Positions 51,474 to 64,000 of a stretch of 64,000 bases of DNA are shown one piece after another. The stretch lies in NCBI RefSeq assembly GCF_963921235.1, contig NC_086108.1, positions 806,001 to 870,000 of the forward strand. The letters are read 5' to 3'. The notes under the pieces were generated by a model. It made no database searches. It had not been told where the DNA came from and saw only the letters and a list, made by a program, of their open reading frames with translations. The DNA comes from Mobula hypostoma. Taxonomy: Eukaryota. Both the position numbers and the translations under genes were made by a program. Positions within the stretch are counted from its first letter, which is position 1, and every line of letters starts with the position of its first letter.

Positions 51474-52000
51474 ATCCGCCCTACGCCCGGATCTTGTACT
51501 GTGGTCAACGGAAGACAAGAAAATAATTCTGGTTGAGCTGACTGTGCTGTGGGAAGAGGGATGGGAAGAGGCCCACGAGAGAAAGGCCTTGAAGTACCAG
51601 CCCTTAGTGCAGGAGTGTAAAGACGAGGGATGGTAGGCATGGTTGTTCCCTGTGGAGATCGGCTGCAGAGGTTTCCCAGTCAAATCAGCATGGCTGTTGT
51701 TGTCAGATCTGGGCCTGGACGAAAGGAGCAAAAAACAAGTAGCTCGTAGGATGGGGGAAGAGGCAGAAGGAGCCTCTTGTTGGATTTGGAGTAGGCGAGA
51801 GGAGGGGAGCTGGAAGCCAGGAGCAGATGGGCAGTGATTTGGCCACCACTGCTGGCCCACCAACTGGAGAGTGTTGTGGTTAAGGGTCGAAACACTCGGT
51901 GAAGGTTGGGAACCACCTGATGACATCTGCTTCTGGCTGAAGGCTACAGTTACCTTATAAAGTAACTGGAGAATGCACCCTAACAGGTGTTTGTAACAAG
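51474..52000 (+). mobile_element. Hero/R2-type non-LTR retrotransposon 3' end (restriction-like endonuclease plus 3' UTR), inside a CR1 remnant
   Basis: LRPDLVLWS..IILVELTVLWEE..AHERKALKY..GW*AWLFPVEIGCRGF is a PD-(D/E)xK RLE domain of Hero type. Stop at 51837, then a structured 3' UTR. Confidence 0.88.
51860..51928 (+). ncRNA. Candidate pseudoknotted/permuted hammerhead-like RNA with kink-turn
   Basis: GAGUGU/ACACUC (helix III), GUGGUU/AACCAC (helix I), GUU, GAAA and CUGAUGA all sit in correct register. K-turn GGU-GAA/GGA is closed by CCAACU/GGUUGG. Confidence 0.6.
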
Positions 52001-52224
52001 TGTCCACTCGATCTGCCTCTCATAACCTCGATCAGATCTCCCCTCAGCTTCCAACACTCCAGAGAAAACAACCCAAGTTTATCCAGCCTCTCATGATAGC
52101 ATATAATTCTGAACACTAACTTATTATTCTGCTTTTCCATTATTTATTTATTTTTGTCACTAATGGTAATTTTTATGTCTTCCACAGTGCTCCTGCAACA
52201 AAACAAGAACATTTCACAAATGCA

Positions 52225-52475
52225 GGCAGCATGTTACTGTAGCAGTCCATGTAACACTATTACACTCCTACTGACCCAAGTTCAACCCTACTGCCCTCTG
52301 TTAAGGAGTATGCACATTCTCCCCGTCACTATTTACGTTTCCTCCAGATCCTCCATTTTCCTCCCACATTCCAAAGACGTATGGCTTAGTAATTTAGTCG
52401 GTCACATGGGTGTAAGCGGGCGGTGCAGGCTCATCGGATCAGAAGGGCCTGTTTCTGTGTTGATTCTCTAAATTA
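52225..52475 (+). mobile_element. tRNA-derived SINE (V-SINE/HE1-like), degenerate
   Basis: B-box-like gttcaacc, core ttcctcccacattccaaagac, and CR1-like tail gaagggcctgtttctgtg. Confidence 0.55.
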
Positions 52476-52514
52476 AAAATGTTAGTGATGACAAACTGAT
52501 TCTGAATCTTATTA

Positions 52515-53640
52515 CATAGAAACATAGGAAATAGGTGCAGGAGTAGGCCATTCGGCCCTTCGATCCTGCACCACCATTCAGTATGATCATGGCTGATTAT
52601 CCAACTCAGAACCCTGTACCAGCCTTCCCTCCATACCCTCTGATCCCTTTAGCCACAAGGGCCATATCTAACTCCCTCTTAAATATAGCCAATGAACTGG
52701 CCTCAACTGTTTCCTGTGGCAGAGAATTCCACAGATTCACCACTCTCTGTGTGAAAAAGTTTTTCCTAATCTCGGTCCTAAAAGGCTTCCCCTTTATCCT
52801 CAAACTGTGACCCCTCGTTCTGGACTTTCCCAACATCGGGAACAATCTTCCTACATCTAGCCTGTCCAATCCCTTTAGGATTTTATACGTTTCCATCAGA
52901 TCCCCCCTCAATCTTCTAAATTCCAGAGAGTATAAGCCTAGTCGATCCAGTCTTTTATCATATGAAAGTCCTGCCATCCCAGGAATCAATCTGGTGAACC
53001 TTCTTTGTACTCCCTCTATGGCAAGAATGTCTTTCCTCAGATTAGGGGACCAAAACTGCACACAATACTCCAGGTGTGGTCTCACCAAGGCCTTGTACAA
53101 CTGCAGTAGTACCTCTCTGCTCCTGTACTCGAATCCTCTCGCTATAAATGCCAGCATACCATTTGCCTTTTTCACCGCCTGCTGTACCTGCATGCCCACT
53201 TTCAATGACTGGTGTATAATGACACCCAGGTCTTGTTGCACCTCCCCTTTTCCTAATCGGCCACCATTCAGATAATAATCTGTTTTCCTGTTTTTGCCAC
53301 CGAAGTGGATAACCTCACACTTATCCACATTAAATTGCATCTGCCATGAATTTGCCCACTCACCTAACCTATCCAAGTCACCCTGCATCCTCTTAGCATC
53401 CTCCTCACAGCTAACACTGCCACCCAGCTTCGTGTCATCCGCAAACTTGGAGATGCTGCATTTAATTCCCTCATCCAAGTCATTAATATATATTGTAAAC
53501 AACTGGGGTCCCAGCACTGAGCCTTGCGGTACCCCACTAGTCACCGCCTGCCATTCTGAAAAGGTCCCGTTTATTCCCACTCTTTGCTTCCTGTCTGCTA
53601 ACCAATTCTCCATCCACATCAATACCTTACCCCCAATACC
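52515..53640 (-). mobile_element. Young CR1 with open RT C-terminal half
   Basis: 338-aa ORF 52606-53622 ([20 protein letters not shown]). Confidence 0.95.
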
Positions 53641-53737
53641 TTATTCTGAGCCCTGACGATATGCTAACCCAGTGGACACTGCCATGTTTTTATCAGGTAC
53701 CACTACTCATCTCCTCTGGAGAGATAAAGAACCACTT

Positions 53738-54025
53738 GGGCACTACAGTAGCGTAGTGGTTAGTAAGACACTATGACAACTTAGGGTGTTGGAGTTCAGA
53801 GTTCAATTCCTGTCATCCTCTGAAAGGAGCCACTGTACGTCCTCCCATGGAATGCAGGAGGCTTCCCTAGGTGCCCTGGTTTCCTTCAACAATGCAAAGA
53901 TATACTGGGTTGGATAATTGTCCCGTGAATAGGTTAGGGTTAATCGGGGTTGTCAAGGGTTGTCAGGACAGTGCTGCTCAAGGGGCTGGAAAGACCTACG
54001 CCACGCTGCATTGCTAAATAAATGA
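53738..54025 (+). mobile_element. tRNA-derived SINE
   Basis: A box TAGCGTAGTGG at ~53749, B box GTTCAATTCC at 53801, V-SINE-like core, and (AAAT)n tail. Confidence 0.65.
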
Positions 54026-54884
54026 ATAATTCAAGGAATGAAGAACAATTTCCTTGGCCTTCAACTTAAATCCCACCAGCATCTGCACTCAATGGATTTT
54101 CCTTCACAACATACAGGTCCAACAAGACTCCACCACAGAAACATATTCATTGTGTTCGAGTGGCATCTCTCCCCAGTGATGGCGGGGGGAGTCAGCGAGG
54201 CCATGGGATCGCTGGTTCCTTTCCTTGGAAGGACTGTTTTCAAGCGGTATCTCTCCCCAATGATGGCAGGAGGTCGTTTCTCAAAATTCTATGATTTATG
54301 TGATTATTGGACTGTTGGGGGTGGTTTGGGGTTTGATGTTCTAACTGCCATTTTCCTTGTGGGCAACCTGTTAGTCTTTTGTGGAAGGAAGAGTTGGGGC
54401 TGGGCGGTTGGGATTTGCGAGTTTTTGTTTCTTTTCCTTTTGGGGCAGGTTGATGTCTTTACTTTCAATGATGGCTGTGGTTTTTCTGTATTTCATGTCT
54501 ATCTGGAGAAGACAAATATCAGAGTGCATTGTATTCTACATACATATTTTGACAATAAGATGAACCTTTGAACCTTTGATATTCCCCTTCCTTCTCATTC
54601 AGCAACAAACAACTCCTCAGACGATGGCACTTTCCCATAACCCTCTCCTTTCCACCATCCAGGCACCTTCCAGTTGGTCCTTCCAGTGAGGGAGCTCACC
54701 TGCACCTTTTCCATTTTAACGTACCACATCCAGAACTGGCAAGGTGGTCTCCTTGGAGACTTGGTGACCACTTTGTAGAAGATCTATATTTAATTTGCAA
54801 GAGTCATTAACAACAAATTGGGTGAGAAACGTAGTGTAGTTATAACTACTTCCATTAATCAGTTTGTTTTCACCAATTAGTGAT

Positions 54885-55530
54885 TTTTTTTTAGATTATG
54901 AAGACACGCAGTCCTCTTTTATTGTCATTTAGTAATGCATGCATTAAGAAATGATACAATGTTCCTCCAGAATGATATCACAGAAACACAAAACAAACCA
55001 AGACTGAAAAACTGACAAAAACCACATAATTATAACATATAGTTACAACAGTGCAAAGCAGTACCGTAATTTGATAAAGAACAGACCATGGGCACAGTAA
55101 AAAAAAGTCTCAAAGTCTCTCGAAAGTCCCATCATCTCACGCAGATGGTAGAAGGGAGAAACTCTCCCTGCCATGAACCTCCAGCACCGCAAACTTGCCG
55201 ATGCAGCACCCTGGAAGCACCCGACCACAGCCGACTCTGAGTCCGTCCGAAAACTTCGAGCCTCCGACACCGAGCACCGAGCACCATCTCTGCCGAGCGC
55301 TTCGACCCCGGCCCTGGCAACAGGCAATAAGGCAAATCCGAGGATCTGGGGCCTTCCCCTCCGGAGATTCTCGATCGCACAGTAGCAGCGGCAGCGAAGC
55401 AGGCATTTCAGAAGTTTCTCCAGATGTTCCTCCGTGCTTCTTACGTCCATCTCCATCAAATCAAGATTGTGCACGGTACCTACTTAACAAATACCGATAT
55501 CATTTCGATATCATTCCGCCATCTTCTCCT
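54885..55530 (-). mobile_element. ~630-bp non-autonomous retroposon, copy 3 (divergent subfamily)
   Basis: The 3' ~170 bp is nearly identical to copies 1 and 2; the middle is diverged. Confidence 0.8.
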
Positions 55531-55604
55531 CCCCTTGTTCTATCCACTCTTACCTCACCACAACAAATGAAAATTGACTGCTCTTTTCAAATACAATCCA
55601 AAGA

Positions 55605-55968
55605 CAGAATATAGAAGAGTACAGCGAAGGAATGAGCTCTTCGGCCCACAATGTTGTGCTGAAACAGCTAAAAAGGAAATCAAAAACACCCAAACACTAA
55701 TCCTTTTTAACCTACATAATATCTACACTCCTCCATCTTGCTTGCATCCACATGCCTATCCTAACAAATCTCAAAAGTCTCTATCGTATTTGCCTCTACA
55801 ACCAGACCAGGCAATGCATACCAAACATCCACTGCTCTCTGAGTATAAAACTTAAACCTCATGTCCCCCTTGAACCTAGCCCCTCTCAACTTCAAAGCAT
55901 GACCTCTGGTATTTGACATTTCTACCCTGGGAAACAGATACTCTCTGTCCAGTAAATCTATGCCTCTC
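55605..55968 (-). mobile_element. CR1 3' fragment
   Basis: GIDLLDREYLFPRVEMSNTRGH remnant. Confidence 0.75.
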
Positions 55969-55969
55969 T

Positions 55970-57538
55970 TAGAAACCAAAACCATAGAAAAACTACAGCA
56001 CAGAAACAGGCCTTTTGGCCCTTCTTGGCTGTACTGAACCATTTTCTGCCTAGTCCCACTGACCTGCACACGGACCATATCCCTCCATACACCTCCTATC
56101 CATGTATCTGTCCAATTTATTCTTAAATGTTAAAGAAGAACCCGCATTTACCACCTCGTCTGGCAGTTCATTCCATACTCCCACCACTCTCTGTGTGAAG
56201 AAGCCCCCCCCTAATGTTCCCTTTAAACTTTTCCCCCCTCACCCTTAACCCATGTCCTCTGGTTTTTTTCTCCCCTTGCCTCAGTGGAAAAAGCCTGCTC
56301 GTATTCACTCTATCTATACCCATCATAATTTTATATACCTCTATCAAATCTCCCCTCATTCATCTACGCTCCAGGGAATAAAGTCCTAACCTATTCAACC
56401 TTTCTCTGTAACTGAGTTTCTCAAGTCTCGGCAACATCCTTGTAAACCTTCTCTGCACTCTTTCAACCTTAGTAATATCCTTCCTGTAATTTGGTGACCA
56501 AAACTGAACACAATACTCCAGATTCGCCCTCACAAATGCCTTATACAGACTCATTATAACATTACAGTTCTTAAACTCAATGCTTTGATTAATAAAGGCC
56601 AATGTACCAAAAGCTCTCTTTACGACCCTACCTACCTGTGACACCACTTTTAGGGAATTTTGTATCTGTATTCCCAGATCCCTCTGTTCTACTGCACTCC
56701 TCAGTGCCTTACCATTAACCCTGTATGTTCTACCTTGGTTTGTCCTTCCAAAGTGCAATACCTCACACTTGTAAGTATTAAACTCCATCTGCCATTTTTC
56801 AGCCCATTTTTCAGTTGGTCCAAATCCCTCTGCAAGCTTTGAAAACCTTCCTCACTATCCACTACACCTCCAATCTTTGTATCATCAGCAAATTTGCTGA
56901 TCCAATTTACCACATTATCATCCAGATCATTGATATAGATGACAAATAACAATGGACCCAGCACTGATCCCTGTGGCACACCACTAGTCACAGGCCTTCA
57001 CTCTGAGAAGCAATTCTCTACCACCACTCTTTGGCTTCCTCCATTGAGCCAATGTCTAATCCAATTTACCACCTCTCCATGTATACCTAGCAACTGAATT
57101 TTCCTAACTAACCTCCCATGCGGGACCTTGTCAAAGGCCTTACTGAAGTCCATGTAGACAATATCCACTGCCTTCCCTTCATTCACTTCCCTGGTAACCT
57201 CCTCGAAAAACTCCAATAGATTGGTCAAACATGACCTACTTCGCACAAAGCCATGTTGACTCTCCCTAATAAGTCCCTGTGTATCCAAATTCTTGTAGAT
57301 TCCGTCTCTTAGTACTCCCTCCAATAACATACCCACTATCGGCGTTAAACTTACTGGCCTATAATTTCCCGGATCACTTTTCGATCCTTTGTTAAACAAC
57401 GGAACAACATGAGCCACTCTCCAATCCTTCGGCACTTCACCTGGAGACACTAACATTTTAAATATTTCTGCCAGGGCCCCCGCAATTTCAAAACTAGTCT
57501 CCTTTCTGCCAGGGCTCCTGCAATTTCAACACTAGTCT
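55970..57538 (-). mobile_element. CR1 with complete but frameshifted RT
   Basis: ORFs 56168-57456 contain NYRPVSLT, YMDFSKAFDKV and KFADDTKIG. Confidence 0.93.
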
Positions 57539-57749
57539 TATCTCTTGAAAAGCCCCAACAGATCTCCCCTCAAAGTTGGGTGCTCCAGAGACAAGCAACG
57601 CAGGCTAATCCAGACTCTCATGACGGTACATGCCCTCTAAACCGGTCAGCATCCTGGTAAATCTCTTCTGCGAAGGCCTCAAAGGCGGCAGCATTTGTAT
57701 GTGGACAGTGAGAGCCTCTATGGAGGCGAGACAGTCAATGATTATGTTT

Positions 57750-60700
57750 ACTGCAGAGATGGGATGGGGATTGTTATTGTTACTGTATTTTACTGTGAGG
57801 GAGGGGATGGGGATTGTTATTGTTACTGTATTTTACGGTGGGGTAGGGGATGATGATTGTTATTGTTACTGTATTTTACGGTGGGGGAGGGCATGGGGAT
57901 TGTTATTGTTACTGTATTTTACTGAGGGGGAGGGGATGGGGATTGTTATTGTTACTGTATTTTACTGTGGGGGAGGGGATGCGGATTGTTATTGTTACTG
58001 TATTTTACTGTGGGGACGGGAATGGGGATTGTTATTGTTACTGTATTTTCCTGAGGGAGAGGGGATGGGGATTGTTATTGTTACTGTATTTTACTGTGGG
58101 GGGGGACGGGGATTGTTATTGTTACTGTATTTTACTGAGGGGGAGGGGATGGGGATTGTTATTGTTACTGTATTTTACTGTGGGGAGGGGATGGGGACTG
58201 TTATTGTTACTGTATTTTACTGTGAGGGAGGGGATGGGGATTGTTATTGTTATTGTTACTGTATTTTACTGTGGTGAGGGGATGGGAATTGTTATTGTTA
58301 CTGTATTTTACTGTGGGGAAGGGATGGGGATTGTTATTGTTACTGTATTTTACTGTGGGGGAGGGGATGGGGATTGTTATTGTTACTGTATTTTACTGTG
58401 GGGAGGGAATGGGGACTGTTATTCTTACTGTATTTTACTGTGAGGGAGGGGATAGGGATTGTTATTGTTACTGTATTTTACTGTGGGGGAGGGGATGGGG
58501 ACTGTTATTGTTACTGTATTTTACTGTGGGGGGGACGGGGATTGTTATTGTTACTGTATTTTACTGAGGGGGAGGGGATGGGGATTGTTATTGTTACTGT
58601 ATTTTACTGTGGGGAGGGGATGGGGACTGTTATTGTTACTGTATTTTACTGTGAGGGAGGGGATGGGGATTGTTATTGTTATTGTTACTGTATTTTACTG
58701 TGGTGAGGGGATGGGAATTGTTATTGTTACTGTATTTTACTGTGGGGAAGGGATGGGGATTGTTATTGTTACTGTATTTTACTGTGGGGGAGGGGATGGG
58801 GATTGTTATTGTTACTGTATTTTACTGTGGGGAGGGAATGGGGACTGTTATTCTTACTGTATTTTACTGTGAGGGAGGGGATAGGGATTGTTATTGTTAC
58901 TGTATTTTACTGTGGGGGAGGGGATGGGGATTGTTATTGTTACTGTATTTTACTGTGGGGGGGGACGGGGATTGTTATTGTTACTGTATTTTACTGAGGG
59001 GGAGGGGATGGGGATTGTTATTGTTACTGTATTTTACTGTGGGGAGGGGATGGGGACTGTTATTGTTACTGTATTTTACTGTGAGGGAGGGGATGGGGAT
59101 TGTTATTGTTATTGTTACTGTATTTTACTGTGGTGAGGGGATGGGAATTGTTATTGTTACTGTATTTTACTGTGGGGAAGGGATGGGGATTGTTATTGTT
59201 ACTGTATTTTACTGTGGGGGAGGGGATGGGGATTGTTATTGTTACTGTATTTTACTGTGGGGAGGGAATGGGGACTGTTATTCTTACTGTATTTTACTGT
59301 GAGGGAGGGGATAGGGATTGTTATTGTTACTGTATTTTACTGTGGGGGAGGGGATGGGGACTGTTATTGTTACTGTATTTTACTGTGGGGAGGGGATGGG
59401 GACTGTTATTGTTACTGTATTTTACTGTGAGGGAGGGGACGGGGATTGTTATTGTTACTGTATTTACTGTGGGTGAGGGGATGGGGATTGTTATTGTTAC
59501 TGTATTTTACTGTGGGGGAGGGGACAGGGATTTTTATTGTTACTCTATTTCACTGAAGCGGCGGGAATGGGGATTGTTATTGTTACTGTATTTTACTGTG
59601 GGGGGGGACGGGGATTGTAATTGTTACTGTTTTTTACTGTGGGGGAGGGGATGGGGATTGTTATTTTTACTGTATTTTACTGTGGGGGAGGGGATTGGTA
59701 TTGTTATTGTTAATGTATTTTAAAGTGGGGGAGGGGATGGGGATTGTTATTGTTACTGTATTTTCCTGAGGGGGAGGGGATGGGGATTGTTATTGTTACT
59801 GTATTTTACTGAGGGGGAGGGGATGGGGATTGTTTTTGTTACTGTATTTTACTGTGGGGAGGGGATGGGGACTGTTATTGTTACTGTATTTTACTGTGAG
59901 GGAGGGGATGGGGATTGTTATTGTTATTGTTACTGTATTTTACTGTGGGGGAGGGGATGGGGATTGTTATTGTTACTGTATTTTACTGTGGGGAGGGGAT
60001 GGGGATTGTTATTGTTACTGTATTTTACTGTGGGGGAGGGGATGGGGATTGTTATTATTACTGTATTTTACTGTGGTGAGGGGATGGGGATTGTTATTGT
60101 TACTGTATTTTACTGTGGGGAGGGGATGGGGATTGTTATTGTTACTGTATTTTACTGTGGGGGAGGGAATGGTGATTGTTATTGTTACTGTATTTTACTG
60201 TGGGGAGGGGATGGGGACTGTTATTGTTACTGTATTTTACTGTGAGGGAGGGGATAGGGATTGTTATTGTTACTGTATTTTACTGTGGGGGAGGGGATGG
60301 GGACTGTTATTGTTACTGTATTTTACTGTGGGGAGGGGGTGGGGACTGTTATTGTTACTGTATTTTACTGTGAGGGAGGGGAAGGGGATTGTTATTGTTA
60401 CTGTATTTACTGTGGGTGAGGGGATGGAGATTGTTATTGTTACTGTATTTTACTGTGGGGGAGGGGACAGGGATTTTTATTGTTACTCTATTTCACTGAA
60501 GCGGCGGGAATGGGGATTGTTATTGTTACTGTATTTTACTGTGGGGGAGGGAATGGGGATTGCTATTGTTACTGTATTTTACTGTGGGAGGGGATGGGGA
60601 TTGTTATTGTCACTGTATTTTACTGTGGGGAGGGGACGGGGATTGTCATTGTTACTGTTTTTTACCGTGGGGGAGGGGATGGGGATTGTTATTGTTACTG

Positions 60701-63700
60701 TATTTTACTGTGGGGAGGGGATGGGGACTGTTATTGTTACTGTATTTTACTGTGAGGGAGGGGATGGGGATTGTTATTGTTACTGTATTTTCCAGAGGGG
60801 GAGGGGATGGGGATTGTTATTGTTACTGTATTTTACTGTGGGGAGGGGATGGGGACTGTTATTGTTACTGTATTTTACTGTGAGGGAGGTGATGGGGATT
60901 GTTATTGTTATTGTTACTGTATTTTACTGTAGGGGAGGGGATGGGGACTGTTATTGTTACTGTATTTTACTGAGGGGGAGGGGATGGGGATTGTTATTGT
61001 TACTGTATTTTACTGTGGGGAGGGGATGGGGACTGTTATTGTTACTGTATTTTACTGTGGGGAGGGGATGGGGATTGTTATTGTTAGTGTATTTTACTGT
61101 GGGGGAGGGGATGGGGATTGTTATTGTTACTGTATTTTACTGTGGTGAGGGGATGGGGATTGTTATTGTTACTGTATTTTACTGTGGGGGAAGGGACGGG
61201 GATTGTTATTGTTACTGTATTTTACTGTAGGGGAGGGGATGGGGACTGTTATTGTTACTGTATTTTACTGTGGGGAGGGGATGGGGACTGTTATTGTTAC
61301 TGTATTTTACTGTGGGGAGGGGATGGGGATTGTTATTGTTAGTGTATTTTACTGTGGGGGAGGGGATGGGGATTGTTATTGTTACTGTATTTTACTGTGG
61401 TGAGGGGATGGGGATTGTTATTGTTACTGTATTTTACTGTGGGGGAAGGGACGGGGATTGTTATTGTTACTGTATTTTACTGTGGGGGAGGGGATGGGGA
61501 TTGTTATTGTTACTGTATTTTACTGTAGGGGGGACAGGGATTGTTATTGTTGCTGTATTTTACTGTGGGGGGGACGGGGATTGTTATTGTTACTATATTT
61601 TACTGAGGGAGAGGGGATGGGGATTGTTATTGTTACTGTATTTTACTGTGGGATAGGGGATGAGGATTGTTATTCTTACTGTATTTTACTGTGGGGAGGG
61701 GATGGGGATTGTGATTGTTACTGTATTTTACTGTGGGGAGGGGATGGGGATTGTTATTGTTACTGTATTTTACTGTGGGGGAGGGGATGGGGACTGTTAT
61801 TGTTACTGTATTTTACTGTGGGGAGGGGATGGGGATTGTTATTGTTAGTGTATTTTACTGTGGGGGAGGGGATGGGGATTGTTATTGTTACTGTATTTTA
61901 CTGCGGGGGAGGGAACGGGGATTGTTATTGTTACTGTATTTACTGTGGGGGAGGGGATGGGATTGTTATTGTCACTGTATTTTACTGAGGGGGAGTGGAT
62001 GGGGATTGTTATTGTTACTGTATTTTAATGTGAGGGAGGGGATGGGGATTGTTATTGTTACTGTATTTTACTGTGGGGGGGACGGGGATTGTTATTGTTA
62101 CTGTATTTTACTGTGGGGAGGGGACGGGGATTGTTATTGTTACTGTTTTTTACTGTGGGGGAGGGGATCGGGATTGTTATTGTTACTCTATTTTACTGTG
62201 GGGGAGGGGATTGGTATTGTTATTGTTATTGTTACTGTATTTTACTGTGGGGAGGGGATGGGGATTGTTATTGTTACTGTATTTTACTGTGGGGGAGGGG
62301 ATGGGGATTGTTATTGTTACTGTATTTTACTGTGGGGAGGGGATGGGGATTGTTATTGTTACTGTATTTTACTGTGAGGGAGGGGATGGGGATTGTTATT
62401 GTTACTGTATTTTACTGAGGGGGAGGGGATGGGGATTGTTATTGTTAATGTATTTTAAAGTGGGGGAGGGGATGGGGATTGTTATTGTTACTGTATTTTA
62501 CTGTGGGGGAGGGGATGGGGATTGTTATTGTTACTGTATTTTACTGTGGAGAGGGGATGGGGATTGTTATTGTTACTGTATTTTACTGTGGGGGAGGGGA
62601 TGGCGATTGTTATTGTTACTGTATTTTACTGAGGGGGAGGGGATGGGGATTGTTATTGTTACTGTATTTTACTGAGGGGGAGGGGATGGGAATTGTTATT
62701 GTTACTGTATTTTGCTGTGGGGGGGGACGGGGATTGTTATTGTTACTGTATTTTACTGTGGAGGGGACGGGGATTGTTATTGTTACTGTATTTTACTGAG
62801 GGAGAGGGGATGGGGATTGTTATTGTTACTGTATTTTCCTGAGGGAGAGGGAAAGGGGATTATTATTGTTACTGTATTTTACTGTGGGGAGGGGATGGGG
62901 ATTGTTATTGTTACTATATTTTACTGTGGGGAGGGGACGGGGATTGTTATTGTTACTGTATTTTACTTTGGGGGTGGGGATGGGGATTGTTATTGTAACT
63001 GTATTTTACTGTGGGGGAGGGGATGGGGATTGTTATTGTTACTGTATCTTACTGTGGTGAGGGGATGGGAATTGTTATTGTTACTGTATTTTACTGTGGG
63101 GAGGGGATGGGGATTGTTATTGTTACTGTAATTTACTGTGGGGAGGGGATGGGGATTGTTATTGTTACTGTATTATACTGAGGGGGGGATGGAGATTGTT
63201 ATTGTTACTGTATTTTACTGTGGGGAGGGAAGGGGGACTTTTATTGTTACTGTATTTTACTGTGAGGGAGGGAATGGGGATTGTTATTGTTACTGTATTT
63301 TACTGTGGGGGAGGGGATGGGGATTGTTATTGTTACTGTATTTTACTGTGGGGGACGGGATGGCGATTGTGATTGTTACTGTATTTTACTGTGGGGGAGG
63401 GGATGGGGATTGTTATTGTTACTGTATTTTACCGTGGGGGAGGGAATGGGGATTGTTATTGTTACTGTATTTTACTGTGGGGGAGGGTCAGGGATTGTTA
63501 TTATTACTGTATTTTACTGTGGGGGATGGAATGGTGATTGTGATTGTTACTGTATTTTACTGCGGGGGAGTGCATGGGGATTGTGATTGTTACTGTATTT
63601 TACTGTGGGTGAGGGGATGGTATTTGTTATTGTTACTGTATTTTACTGTGGGGGAGGGGATGGGGATTGTTATTGTTACTGTATTTTACCGTGGGGGAGT

Positions 63701-64000
63701 GGATGGGGTTTGTTATTGTTACTGTATTTTACTGTGGGGAAGGGGATCGGGATTGTTATTGTTACTGTATTTTACTGTGGGGGAGGGGATGGGGATGTTA
63801 TTGTTACTGTATTTTACCGTGGGGGAGGGTCAGGGATTGTTATTGTTACTGTATTTAACTGAGGGGGAGGGGATGGGGATTGTTATTGTTACTGTAGTTT
63901 ACTCAGGGGGAGGGCATGGGGACTGTTATTGTTACTGTATTTTACTGAGGGGAGGGGATGGGGATTGTTATTGTTACCGTATTTTACCGTGGGGGAGGGG
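57750..64000. repeat. Minisatellite, ~41-43-bp unit, >6.2 kb, continuing off the window
   Basis: Consensus GGGGATTGTTATTGTTACTGTATTTTACTGTGGGGGAGGGGAT, roughly 145 units. Confidence 0.99.

Noticed and set aside
57630..63862. Dozens of ORFs rich in LLLLLYF, GIVIVTVFY and DCYCYC
   Set aside because: They are translations of the minisatellite, which lacks stop codons in most frames.
57750..64000. CRISPR-like regular repeat
   Set aside because: There are no unique spacers and no cas genes, and the context is eukaryotic.

Overview
This is eukaryotic, repeat-dense vertebrate DNA. The mix of CR1, Rex1/Babar, L1, RTE, Penelope and tRNA-SINE repeats suggests a cartilaginous fish (inference). The only host gene is the 3' end of PPP1R37 on the + strand: coding exons 2215-3208 and 10043-10135 (stop at 10125), and a probable non-coding last exon at about 12826-16235. 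The rest is transposon debris: many CR1 copies, five Rex1/Babar copies, an RTE with a 12-bp TSD, two L1s, two solo LTRs with 5-bp TSDs, a decayed KIAA1586-type hAT transposase, two TA-flanked MITEs, Penelope remnants, a Hero/R2-type RLE fragment and a G-rich ~42-bp minisatellite running from ~57.75 kb off the end. The most interesting signals are RNA structures read directly from the sequence. (1) The Hero 3' UTR contains every conserved hammerhead core nucleotide, with perfect helices I and III in a scrambled, pseudoknotted strand order and a textbook Kt-7-type kink-turn (51860-51928). (2) A TSD-flanked RTE-derived element starts exactly at G1 of an HDV-like ribozyme fold (3967-4158, minus). 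(3) Penelope pLTRs carry minimal dimer-type hammerheads. (4) A solo LTR displaced the native PPP1R37 branch point and supplies a consensus replacement. All structures were paired by hand; no searches or folding programs were run.
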